This document shows positions 1 through 27,100 of a stretch of DNA of 64,000 nt, piece by piece. The stretch is from Ranitomeya imitator (lineage: Eukaryota): NCBI RefSeq assembly GCF_032444005.1, contig NC_091288.1, positions 205,530,001-205,594,000 of the forward strand. The letters are read 5' to 3'. The translations under genes were made by a program, and so were the position numbers. Within the stretch, counting starts at the first letter, position 1; every line of letters starts with the position of its first letter. Under the pieces are notes generated by a model. That model searched no databases. It saw only the letters and a program-made list of their open reading frames with translations, and was not told where the DNA came from.

Positions 1-71
1 ATATATACATATACAAAATAATAATAATAAAAAAAAACAATAAACCAGGCGCGTGGGACGGGCGATCCGTT

Positions 72-14115
<14,044 letters not shown>

Positions 14116-14232
14116 GGCTCGGCCGGCGTGACGTCACTTCCGCCCTGGCCGCCGGGGGAGAGTCACGTGTGATGTGACGCGGTCATGTGACCTGAGGAGG
14201 ACGCCGGAAGTGACGGTGGCCGGAGAGCAGCA
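14116..14232. promoter_or_regulatory. DCTN5/PALB2 bidirectional CpG-rich promoter
   Basis: Lies between divergent ATGs at 14115 (-) and 14233 (+). Contains GTGACGTCACTTCCG (CRE+ETS, 14128-14142), E-boxes GTCACGTG (14162) and GTCATGTGAC (14182), and CCGGAAGTGACG (ETS+half CRE, 14204-14215). Confidence 0.85.
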
Positions 14233-14247
14233 ATGGCGGCCGCCTGT
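14233..14247 (+). CDS. PALB2: Probable upstream PALB2 mini-exon (MAAAC) splicing in frame to acceptor 15113
   Basis: gcaATGgcg Kozak context, donor gtacgt at 14248, acceptor tttttatag at 15112; the join gives [14 protein letters not shown] in frame. Confidence 0.55.
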
Positions 14248-15118
14248 GTACGTACATGGGGGGGTGGAAATAGCCCCTGACCCGCGTCTATGCTGGAGTT
14301 ATACCGCGCATTGCATATAGCGCTGCTAGTATTACGCTTAGGAAGCCTTAAAGGGGTTTTCTGAGGAAACGCTGACATTTTCCTTAAAGCTGCTTTTTTA
14401 AAAATATATATTGCTAATCGTTCGTGTCATGTGACCGCCATAGCTGTCAGCCAATGGGACGACACGTTCGGTGATCAGGTGACCTAGACGTCGCTCCGTT
14501 GGGCAAAGTAGTCACGTGATCACAAATTATACGACAGCCATGTTGTTTCCCCGGATGGTATTCTAATGACGCCAGTGTTATTTTTTTTTAAAATAAAGTT
14601 ACGAGTTTGGGGATTTTAAAGAATCGATTTTGGTGAATTCCTTTAAATCCTCTTTCGTCCCCGTAGTAGGTAGATCCCGAATGCTGACAGGTATCCTGGG
14701 CCGTAGGATGTCACCAGGGCCGTGATGGACGGCAGCGGTGGTCAGTCTCCAAGGCAACGAGCTGTAAACAAAAGAAAAGTGTTAATTTCTCAGGAACGGT
14801 AGTAAATATTAATAGTCAGCAAATTCCCAAATTGCTTCTAGTTACAGGGGCTGTCCGACAATATCTATCTGTGAGGATGGGAGTAGCCCCGTATGGACGT
14901 ATACCGGTCTCATCCATAAACCCCCACTGTCAGGACCTGCGTCGGTCTCAGGAGTGCGTCCGTTTTACCCCCCCGCTGAGAAGAGAGAGGCGTCTGTGCA
15001 TGCGCTGCTTTTGCTATTCATTTGCTTGGGTCCCCTGACAATTGGGGAGAATACGCAGCTTTGTATTATATGTCGTGTTTCTGATGTTTCTTCTTTTTTT
15101 TAATTTTTATAGCAAGAA

Positions 15119-15166
15119 ATGGAAAACATGCCGGAGAGATATCTGACCTTAGAGGAGAAGACGAAG
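15119..15166 (+). CDS. PALB2: PALB2 exon [16 protein letters not shown]
   Basis: 48 nt, comparable to human exon 1 (MDEPPGKPLSCEEKEK); donor gtactg. Confidence 0.9.
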
Positions 15167-18100
15167 GTACTGGACCCTTAGGGCACAGTCACATGCACCG
15201 AGTTTCTGTTGTTTACTTCCCACTATGCATCGCAAAAAGAATGAAAAAAAATTGAACTTACCACCATTGAATATAATGTAGCTTCACATCACATGTGGGA
15301 CCCGCAAAAAACCTGTGGCCCAGCAGGAACAAACAACAAAATTCTTGATAAAAACACCAGGAACATAGACTTACAAAACTGACATCTGTTATTTCAGATC
15401 CAATAAAAACTGTTCTGATGGCTCGTATGTGCATCTCTGACGCGTTTCCAGCGCTGCTGACTTTCACATTGCGTTCTGCATCCCCATCAAGGCATATGTC
15501 CGAAATCCTCCGCAAAACCGGTCCGGATGCATGCGCCGACGTGCCGTGCATCATTTTCAAGAGTGTAGGCAGCCATTACGATGTAGCAGACTGTGTCTCA
15601 GTGTCTGCCTACTGAAGGCGTGCACATCAGAGAGCACGTTCATTCTGCCATCACCATTACAGTCTATGGCACTGTCTGCGCATGCATCCAGACCCCGTTT
15701 TGCGAGGGATTTCGGACGTATGCCCCAACGGGGATGCAGAATGCGATGTGAAAACCCCCTTAAAGGGAAGGTGCCACCAGTTTTCTTGTAGTTTTTTTTT
15801 TTTTTGTGAAATTAAGCTTAAAATAGTAAATAAAATGTATTAATGCAATGTTTGCAAACATTTCTATGAAAAATATATATTTTCTTACAAAAATATATAT
15901 TTACAACTAGGGGGAGCATTTTCCGTTTTAGACCTCAAGCAGCTATAGTAAGAATGACCAGCTTTACTGTTAGGCCGGGATCACACATTTCGCGAGATAC
16001 GGCCGAGTCTCGCAGGTGAAATCCCTCCTCTGGCGCCGGCACTTGGGAGCGGAGCGTGCAGCTCCATGTATTGCTGTGCGGCTGCACGCTCCGCTCCGGA
16101 GTGCCGGCGCCAGAGGAGGGATTTAACCTGCGAGACTCGGCCGTATCTCGCGAAATGTGTGATCCCAGCCTTAGCAGCAAAATTGGGGCAGTAACTGCTG
16201 ACATCACCATTTCCCTCCCTTTTTCGGTGGTCTAGTATTCCTGGGGCAGAATGAAGAGTAGCATCACAGGGCAGCGCCATTTTGTGGGTGACTGCCCTGT
16301 GATCTGCTATCACCAGCAGTTACTGTCTTTCTCTCCCATCAGTCTCTCTCACCCAGATGACATGATTCTCTCACCCCCTTCCACAATGCCTGGCCATTCA
16401 CTGCAGACCAGCAGCTCCTTATCTTATAGTATGAATCACAACTCCTGCCAAGCAGCTGACCACTCCTGTTCCAATAATTCTAATGGTTCACTGTTCCTCC
16501 TTGATGTGATGTCTCTGCTATTCTGCCCGTACTTTTCATCTGCATTTTACTCCCGTCAGCCATCAATCTAGGATCTGTTCTGTACTGCTTCTGTTAGCAG
16601 ATCCGAGGGCTCCATGAATATGGCAGCAGAACACTCCCACTACTGTGAATTGTGCGGCCTACAGAGGCGTGCCCAGTTCACAGCAGTTACAGTTCTATTA
16701 CAATAGATAGGGTCAGAGTCCATCTGTTATCTCATAAGACCATGGGGTCCCTATTATGACACTGATAGTGTTGTGCTGCTACTGTGAAAGCAAGATGTCA
16801 GCCAGGCCTTCTTTAAACTCCTATAACACACAAAATATGTTTCAAATGCAATCAAAACTTGGTTATAACAGCATGTTATGCTACATTACATTGATTTATT
16901 AATGATCTACAAACGCGGTACCTTCCCTTTAATCATAGAGAAAATACCAATGCAGTGTTATGAACTATTTAAAACCAAAATCAACCAATCAGAAACATGA
17001 TGCAAATAATATATATTGCATGCACATGTTCTGGTAACATACAAATGTTTGCCATTAATGCAATAACATCATATTGTTCTGATAATTCATTCCATCAGGT
17101 TGTTTAATGTTTAGTAGTGATGAGCGAACGTGTTGAGATAAGGTGTTATCTGAGCATGCTCGGATGCTAATCGAGTGTCTTCGGCGTACTCAAAAAATAT
17201 GTTCTAGTCCCCAATCCTGCATGTCTCGTGGCTGCTCGTCGCAACACATGCACAGACAGCCTAAGAGGCAGGGAATCCTTGCATATGTTGCAGCTGTCGA
17301 ACGCATTGCAAAGGCTGACATTTGTGAAAATTCACAGCATTGATAGTGATGATTGCCAATTTTTGTTGCAGATTTTTTCAATTGCGTCTGGGTTAGATTT
17401 AGGCCGGAGTCACACTCAGCATATAAAAAATCGGTCCGATTTTGACAGCCGAGAGTCGCACCAATGTTCTCCGTATGCAATGCGATTTTAACATGAGCTT
17501 TTACACAGCAGTTCTCTGTCATTGACACATCGTTATAAAACGAAATATTCATGCCCACATCGATAAGACAGCGAACGTGTCTGCCCCCATTAAATTGCCT
17601 CTGGATACCCTGAAAAATTACAACCCCATTTTTTTTTTCTCCAGCTGAAAGAAAGACTCGCGTTGCTGAAGAAAGAATACAAGAAGACCTTTCATCGTTT
17701 GCAGGTAATCATTAGGCTGTCGATGATATGGGCCCGTTTGTAGGCTTGTGCCCATACATTGGTGGGTCGAACCTGCCAATATCAAAGGGTTCAGATTACA
17801 GTGTAATGTGTATGGATGCCTCCAGATTGTCCCCCCGATAGATGATGTTGGGGGACTGAAGGATCCGACATGTCTGATTTCGAGCTGACAGTCCTTGTCT
17901 CGAAGAGATAAGCCGCCACAGGAACGCTGAGCTTTTTGTTTTTATGCCTTTCTAGAGATCCCAGACAGCCGAGAGGGTGAAGACGCACATCAAGAAGACG
18001 ATAGAGGAGCAAAACCGGTTGTTAAGTCAGGAACTGTCCATCAAACAAGACAGTGTGTCTGTATTCTCAGGTTAGTGATCTGTACATATTAGGTGGATTG

Positions 18101-21100
18101 TGACAGTCTGAAAACAGGAGTCCATTCTGACCTAATGCTATTTACACTTCTGGGAGGTCGGTGCAGTGTATCGGTCCAAGCAAAATCATCTCTGAGTTAA
18201 AATGAATCTGTTAAGGAGACTCCTTTTTAAATTTCGGCATTTGCTAGTTACCCTATTACATGTACTGTATGAGGAGAGTAGCATTTCACCATGTCCGGGT
18301 CCATTAGTCTAATAAATCCTCCCGGATAATCATAATACACATGCATGCCCAGCTCAGCCGAGTGTGCACATGCTCCATATTCATGGCTCCTGCCTGACAT
18401 GTCTGGTTGCAGCTTACCCCGGTGTCCATCCAGTATGTCCGAACTCTCTTTCTATCCTCCTGGCGTTAAGTATTAGGGAAGAGTCGACATACCACCATGC
18501 CATGTTCGGCCGCCATTCATCTGAGCTGTCTTGTCTTTGACAGCAGTGACTTAGCTCTTATCTTTCGCGGTACATTGTACCGAACCTTCAGCTGCAAAAG
18601 TAGAACTAGGACCGGTTTCCTGCCTCCGAAAGTAAATTATGAATTTTTCCTGTCACTGACAACAAAAGAGATCTTGAGAATTATGAAAAGTTGCAAAAAC
18701 TTAAAAAAAAAATTAGAAAGTTTTTGTAACTTTTTCCTACATTGCTATTTTTTTTTCCGATGAGCAGACAGAATCTGTCGTTTTTTTAGGTCCACACACT
18801 GACGTCAGTAACGTTACTAGAAAAGTCACCGAATCTGCACAAAACGTTAACCCTCCGTTGGTAGAGAAGAAGAGGAAGCCGTCCGTCAGCTTCAAGTTGG
18901 ATCCAGTAATCCTCCAGGGAGACAAGACGTCCTCGTCCTGTTCTGGAAACGAAAGTAGCGGTCAAGAGCCAAGCGCAGCAAGCAAGACGGAGGCGGGCGG
19001 ATCGTCCAATCCAAACCATGGCAAAAGGAGTCGGCTGAGATTAAACAAATCTGCAAGGCGGGTGTGCACAGAGCCCGTGGCCACCACTAGCCCAGAAGGA
19101 CGGTATAGTCATAAAGATGCCGGGAGCACAAGGGGCTCCGCACTGTGCCTTAATGAAGATGGACCCTTACAGATAAACACAACCAATTTTAATTCTATGT
19201 CAAGACGTGTCCAAGCGTCTCGCGAGTGTAAGAATGACCTTGATGTGAGTGGCTTTGTACAGCAGCGTGTTATCGTGGAGGACACAATTGCTCCGGCCTC
19301 ACCTGTGTTTAAGAAGTGCCTTACGGAGGATTTTACTACTAATATAAAATCTTTTTCGGAGAATATAGAAGATTTCTATCCCGAGGAGAAGGATGCACTA
19401 GATACAGGACAGGAAGGAACCACAAGCCATTCTCCAGATAGTAGCAGAAGTAGCAATAACCAAACAGGTAAGGACCCAGCACCCAGCGATACAGATAAGA
19501 CCCAGCAGACTGGTGGAGGAACGTGTCAGGAACCCATATTAGATGCTACCTGTGATATCTCTGCCCTAACACCGGTGGTGGAGACCCCGTCTTCATCTCC
19601 CCCCTGTGCCAACAACCACTCGACGACAGCACTTAACCACCTAGGAGAGTCCCCTCCGGTGGAGGAAAAGCGTAGCCCACTTGATTCGTGCACGTTGGTG
19701 GAAGGGCTTTTATTCCCAGTGGAATATTATGTTAGGACGACCCGGCGTATGACCAGCTGCCAAAGAAAGGTGGACCTAGAAGCCGTTATCAATAGCCAAC
19801 TGGGGGGCACGGCCAGGAAGGGGACAAGAGGTAGAGCACGTCGGGCCAGCACCTCCTCTACTCCATCGCTGCAGGTCACTGGCACCCCTACAAGCTCCGG
19901 AAGGTCCAGGCGAGGTAGGAAATCCTGTCCTGCGTCTGTCTCTTCTGCTTCTAATCGCATATCCCCGCAGCTGGAATCTAGTTCTGACAAAAACCCTCAA
20001 AGTGATGGGACCAAAGGTGTAAAAGAGAAAGAAGTGAGCTGGGAGACGTGTGCAGATAATCCAAAGATGGAGGAAGGCGTAACGAAAGCGGATACAGTGA
20101 CCGAAGGCAGGGAGGCGTCCATAACACAGGATGGCGACAACTACAGGGTGCATGATGTAACTCCCTGCATAGGAGTTCAGAGACGAGTGTATAATCTCAG
20201 GACCACTGCGAAAACACGTGAGACAGGTAAAAAAAGAATAATGGCTGGGGATAAAGGGGATGTGATCTGCTGAATAGTGAGTGCAGCTCTGGGGTATAAT
20301 ACAGGATGTAACTCAGGATCAGTAATGTATGTACACAGTGACTGCACCAGCAGAATAGTGAGTGCAGCTCTGGAGTATAATACAGGATGTAACTCAGGAT
20401 CAGTAATGTAATGTATGTACACAGTGACTGCACCAGCAGAATAGTGAGTGCAGCTCTGGAGTATAATACAGGATGTAACTCAGGATCAGTAATGTATGTA
20501 CACAGTGACTGCACCAGCAGAATAGTGAGTGCAGCTCTGGAGTATAATACAGGATGTAACTTAGGATCAGTAATGTAATGTATGTACACAGTGACTGCAC
20601 CAGCAGAATAGTGAGTGCAGCTCTGGGGTATAATACAGGATGTAACTCAGGATCAGTAATGTAATGTATGTACACAGTGACTGCACCAGCAGAATAGTGA
20701 GTGCAGCTCTGGAGTATAATACAGGATGTAACTCAGGATCAGTAATGTATGTACACAGTGACTGCACCAGCAGAATAGTGAGTGCAGCTCTGGAGTATAA
20801 TACAGGATGTAACTTAGGATCAGTAATGTAATGTATGTACACAGTGACTGCACCAGCAGAATAGTGAGTGCAGCTCTGGAGTATAATACAGGATGTAACT
20901 CAGGATCAGTAATGTAATGTATGTACACAGTGACTGCACCAGCAGAATAGTGAGTGCAGCTCTGGAGTATAATACAGGATGTAACTCAGGATCAGTAATG
21001 TATGTACACAGTGACTGCACCAGCAGAATAGTGAGTGCAGCTCTGGAGTATAATACAGGATGTAACTTAGGATCAGTAATGTAATGTATGTACACAGTGA

Positions 21101-24100
21101 CTGCACCAGCAGAATAGTGAGTGCAGCTCTGGGGTATAATACAGGATGTAACTCAGGATCAGTAATGTAATGTATGTACACAGTGACTGCACCAGCAGAA
21201 TAGTGAGTGCAGCTCTGGAGTATAATACAGGATGTAACTCAGGATCAGTAATGTATGTACACAGTGACTGCACCAGCAGAATAGTGAGTGCAGCTCTGGA
21301 GTATAATACAGGATGTAACTTAGGATCAGTAATGTAATGTATGTACACAGTGACTGCACCAGCAGAATAGTGAGTGCAGCTCTGGAGTATAATACAGGAT
21401 GTAACTCAGGATCAGTAATGTAATGTATGTACACAGTGACTGCACCAGCAGAATAGTGAGTGCAGCTCTGGAGTATAATACAGGATGTAACTCAGGATCA
21501 GTAATGTAATATATGTACACAGTGGCTGCACCAGCAGAATAGTGAGTGCAGCTCTGGGGTATAATACAGGGTGTAACTCAGGATCAGTAATGTAATGTAT
21601 GTACACAGTGACTGCACCAGCAGAATAGTGAGTGCAGCTCTGGGGTATAATACAGGATGTAACTCAGGATCAGTAATGTAATGTATGTACACAGTGACTG
21701 CACCAGCAGAATAGTGAGTGCAGCTCTGGGGTATAATACAGGATGTAACTCAGGATCAGTAATGTAATGTATGTACACAGTGACTACACCAGCAGAATAG
21801 TGAGTGCAGCTCTGGGGTATAATACAGGATGTAACTCAGGATCAGTAATGTATGTACACAGTGACTGCACCAGCAGAATAGTGAGTGCAGCTCTGGAGTA
21901 TAATACAGGATGTAACTCAGGATCAGTAATGTAATGTATGTACTGTACACAGTGACTGCACCAGCAGAATAGTGAGTGCAGCTCTGGAGCATAATACAAG
22001 ATGTAATTCAGGATCAGTAATGTAATGTATGTACACAGTGTCTGTACCAGCAAAATAGTGATTGCAGCTCTGGAGCATAATACAAGATGTAATTCAGGAT
22101 CAGTACAGGATCAGTTGTAATGTGTGTACACAGTGAGTGCAGCTCTGGGGTAGGGTTACAAGATATAAGTTAGGATCTGTAATTACAAAATGATCTACGT
22201 GTTATGAGGTGACCTAGGAAGGTGTTGATATTTTTACCTCTGCATCCTGTCTTCTGATAATGGCTTTTCTCTTCTTTTCTCCGAAGTTTCGCCCTTTTGT
22301 CTGTTCGGCAGCAGGCCTAGTCTGCTCCATCTCTTGCACCATTCAGACATCACAGATTTCCATTTGCCAGATGAAGATTTCGGACTCCTGAAACTCAAAA
22401 AGCTGCAATCCATTAGTCTCCTGGAGCGCTTTGTCACTGAGCCAAGTAAACAGAAGAAATACTATAAACTGGCCGATAGCATCGACAATTCGACAATGCC
22501 CGCATGTGACAACTCGGCACTGCTACATGGATTAGCTGGGGTCTGCACATCTGCATCTCCAAAACTGGCAGCACTCAGCAAAGTAAACGGTGATTCATTT
22601 CTTGACAGCAACCAAACCACGTTACAAGACAATGAAGCTCAGCATGGCCGGACGGCATCTCAGACTTTCATCTCTAGGGAGGAACCAGAGGTTGTCCAAT
22701 GCTTGCTCTCAAAAGAGACTGATGAGACCTTCACACCTGGTTCTCCGGTCACCCATTCCCTCGAGCAGGTCTTTTATGATGCCCCCCGACATACTGCAGT
22801 TTGGGAACCCACTTATTCTAGTACAGGCGCAGACACCTGCGCTTTACAGGCTCCTTTTCTATCCTTAGAGGCTGCCACTCCAGTGCAAGGTGTTGTCGTC
22901 TCTGGCACAAAAATGGAGCCTGCTGTAGATGTGAACTCCCGCTCAGAGACCAAGCCATCGCTCCGTGTCCCTAGTCCTGCTAAAAAAGCGACTTGTAACG
23001 TCGTCCTGTCGTCGTCCATGTGTTCTGTCCCTGCAGATACTCACACGGAGTGCGTATTTTCAGGATGCACCCCCGGCCTGCCAATGTTAGGTTTCACCCC
23101 AGCTGCTTTTTCGTCTCCTGCTCTTTGTGAGGAGCAGACATCACCAAGAACAAGAGCGTTCCCTCCAGAGGAAAGCGTGCCATTTAATAATGCGGATGAA
23201 TTGGTGGCACAGAACGACAACGCTGCCCATAAGTTCAGTAATTTATCATTACCTCCATCGGGGGGCCGGGCGGAGAAGAAAACCCGTCTTCAAGAGTGTG
23301 AAGTAAGTTCTGTTGACGACACATTGATGGATACATGGTAGACGCTGCCCCATAATAAGACAAGTTCTTCTTTCCAGGAAAATGCGAACAGATTGGATCA
23401 ACGTGACGGGGAGGGAATGTTGGGAGGCGACCGTCTACGTCTTTTGTCCGAAATTAAGGTCAGAACATGTCCAGCTTGGAGCATATTTGTCTTACCTATG
23501 TTATATCTGTCTGACAGACGTACAGATTAAAGATAGCTATATAGGTAAGAGGTAGATGATGGATGATCATTTCTGTTTGCAGGATGCGTGCGATGGAGGG
23601 CCTCTCGTAGACCTGTGTTCTCTTTGGTGGGATTTCCCTGGATGCGTTGATCTCTGCATTGTATCGGCTAGTGAATATTCTGTCCGTCTTTGGAGACCTC
23701 ATGACGTTTGCAAATGGAAATGCGTTCACACCTGGAATTTTCCAGAGGTGAGAGGATGACAGCGCCCGTCAACCACTGAGCACCTTTGTCGTAGCTCATA
23801 GCGTCTTGTGATTTTCTTTCTCCTGATTGTAGATACCTGTCATCCAAATTCTCCCATTGTTCCAAGAGAAGAACCTGGTGTGCGTGGCTCTGGGAAATGT
23901 GGAAATTATGGACATCTGGTAAGTAAAAGAACCGAGGAACATGGTAAGGGTCAAAACCAAAGAACCATGAAACCCATATGTAACGAGATTGTTAAAAACA
24001 TCTACTAAAGGCAGGCAATGTTGTAAATGTTCTACTGTTTCTTCCAGAGCGGCGTGGTGCCTAGCCCATGGCACATTTCACTTCTTCACCACAGTGCGGT

Positions 24101-27100
24101 TCTATGCCACATATATTATCTTTTCATATAAGTTCTTATATTTTGCGCAGGGTGCTGGCTTCAAATCCAGAGCTCCTTACCTGGGAGAAACAATTGGTCA
24201 AACATGGGCTCACCAAGACTGCTCAGGGTCTATCCCGGCACCGCTTGGTCACCACCAGCGGAGAAGGAGGCAGTCAGGTGGTGGAGCTGTGGCAGCTGGC
24301 AGAAAATGGAAGGTGAGGAGATTACTAAAGTCCTGACTTATCTGGAAGTAATTACATCTGAAGTCTTAATTTTGGGATATTAAGGAGAAGTGATCACTTG
24401 ATTCCTTATACCCAAACTGCAGAGGAGCATGAATCAGAGCCAGGTCACATAATCGCAGCCAGATATAATTTTCTCTGAAACTCTTCAAGACTCCTGAAAG
24501 ATATAGTTGTAATATCCGGTCCGGCGCCCGTCTTGACATCTTCTTCCCACCAGTTGATTGACAGGTCTCTTGTTCAGAAGGGGACCTGTCCATCACCTGG
24601 AGCAGCGCTCGGATAAGCCAGACTAGTCTCACTTCTGGCTATGATTCTTAGCTGGTTTTTCAAGCTGTGTGCATGAATCGGTGAGCAAGTTCCCTTTAAC
24701 AAACAAGCCACATGAAAGTGTACAGATTGGATAAGCTTGGGTTTACAGGACGATAACGTACACTCCCTTGTTTTATAGTGTGGCTGGTTCCCATACTCTA
24801 GTGGCCCCTAAAGACAGCGTTGTAGCCTTCTCAGAAGTGGACGGCGAGAGGGACGCTCTGGTGGGATCTACCGTGGACAACGAGCTAGTTCTCTGGTGAG
24901 ACAAGTATTGAAAAAATATAGTAAAATTCAACTAATCCAGCGTCTGATTAATTAGAAAACCAGTTAATTTGGTGTCAATGAATGGGTTATTCCCCATCAA
25001 ATACATAGTTCACCTTTCCTTAGGGTAGATAATGACAGTATGATCGGTGATTATCTGACTACCAGGATCCCCATCGTCCTGGTTATCAGGGGGTCCTGTG
25101 TCCCACATGTGAGTGGGTGCAGTAATGCTCATGTGTGACCACTGCCGCATTAGGTGACACTGGCACGTTTGATGTAATGCGCCTTCATAGTGATGCTTTC
25201 CTTATTGTGTGATGCAGGAACTCAGTGAGCGGGCACCTCCTGGGCACATTTTACATAGGACACCTCTGTTCTGGCCTCACTTGTATAAGTGCAACATCTG
25301 ACTCGGTGAGACCTCTGTCCCTTTATGTTTTTTTATTGTGTATACCATGTTTTATTCACTTTTAACCTGATTGCGACTCAGTACGGAAAAATGACAGCGC
25401 TTACTCCTGAGTTTTTATTATGCTCTATTATTCGGGGTTAAAACTTCTGCATTATAACAGGAACAGATCCAGTTTCTCGGTGTTTATTACAACTCAGTAT
25501 TGTCTGTTGATCGCTATATACATAGCGCTCACTAAGCGCCATACAGTGAACAGAAGCATCAACGGTGCCAGTGCTTCCGTAGGAACCTGGTGATCACCAG
25601 GTCTCTGCTGGTATAGAAAGCTGCTGGGATCAGCTCTGCCAGTGATGCCTGGCACAGCAGAAGGCTGTTTTCTCCTGTAACTGGGGCACTTCTGGGTGTC
25701 CCAGTTACAGAGAGTAAAAAGTAACTGGAAAAAAAATGCTTCCCAGAGATCTTTTAAGATCTCTTGTTGGACAAATTATGTAAAAAAATAAAAACATATA
25801 AGACATCGGCAATAAAAGTAAAAAAGAATAAAAAGTGACAACTATTAAAACTCTGAAAAAAAATATATTAAAATTTGTCCCACGTAAAAAGAAAAATGAA
25901 GGCTTGTAGATAAAGGACAGGTAAAAAAAAATTGGCTGGTTATTAAGTGGGTTAATGAATGATAATGAGCAACTGGGTGTTACAAAATCAATTCAGGTCA
26001 CAAACTTAACACTATAACTAGATCTTGTGACCTTCTATATGGTCATAGGAAGCTGAATAAAGTGATTCCTTGGTATCTGTGATCGAATTTTTTTTTTTCT
26101 GTAGAAATCCACATTTTTCTTCATATGTAAATGAGCTGTTAAGATCTATGGGCAGGGCATAGCTCTTAACCGCTCATTTACATATTAAGAAAAATGCGTA
26201 ATTTTGGTTTTCCCTCCTCTTTTTCCAATAGCCATAGCTTTTTTATTTTTCCATCGCATGGGCACCAGACTTAGTAACCTGGTCTGTGGACCCTGCGGAT
26301 AAACAATGGGAAGCCATGTCAAAACCAGGAGGTCCGGAATAGAAACAGAAACATCAGAACAAAGGCTAGTCAGAATACAGGCCTACGTGTTAACCTGGTG
26401 AAGCAGAGCTTATAACGCAGCAGGAAAAGAAATTCAGGAGCTTAAATAGCCAACAGCCCCACCCATGGCTAACAGCAAGTGGAACCAGCACAAACTGGGA
26501 GTTAACTCCCAAGCTCCTATCCTGCATGGCACCACAGGACCACCGCGTTATCGACATTGCTCGCAATAAAGGCATCAAATAAAGTGGGCAGACACCGACA
26601 CGGATGTCACACCCTTATGATGACTTGTTGTTTGCACATGTTGTAGTTTTGAATGACCACATTCACTTTACCATAAAATGCACTGGAAATTGGGGAAAAA
26701 AATCTTGTGGCGTTTAATTGGTGAAACAGCTGCAATTGGAGGTTGCTCTGGTCACTGCTTCCACAGGCAGGCGGCATCTGCCCGGTAAGGAGCGGGCGCA
26801 GTTCCTGAGCCTACTCCATGTGCCAACACCCTGACTGTGACGTACGCTTACGTAAGGATGCAAAAAGTCATCCAAATGGAATATTTGTTTTTCTATTATT
26901 GAACATGTTTATTTCCTCATTTCCTTGCCAGGGGTTGTTATTTTTAGTCGCTGGCAGCTCGCTCAACAAACCCCATGAGATCAACGGGGGCTGTGTCTTC
27001 AAACTCCTCGCCACCAATCCCTGTGGAGGCGCCAGCGCTCTCATAATGGCCTATACGCTACCAGACCGAGTCAGTAGTAGGTAAAGATTCTTGTCACACT

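Noticed and set aside
20177-22053. Series of near-identical [16 protein letters not shown] ORFs
   Set aside because: Translations of the 86/81 bp intronic satellite, frameshifting at each unit.
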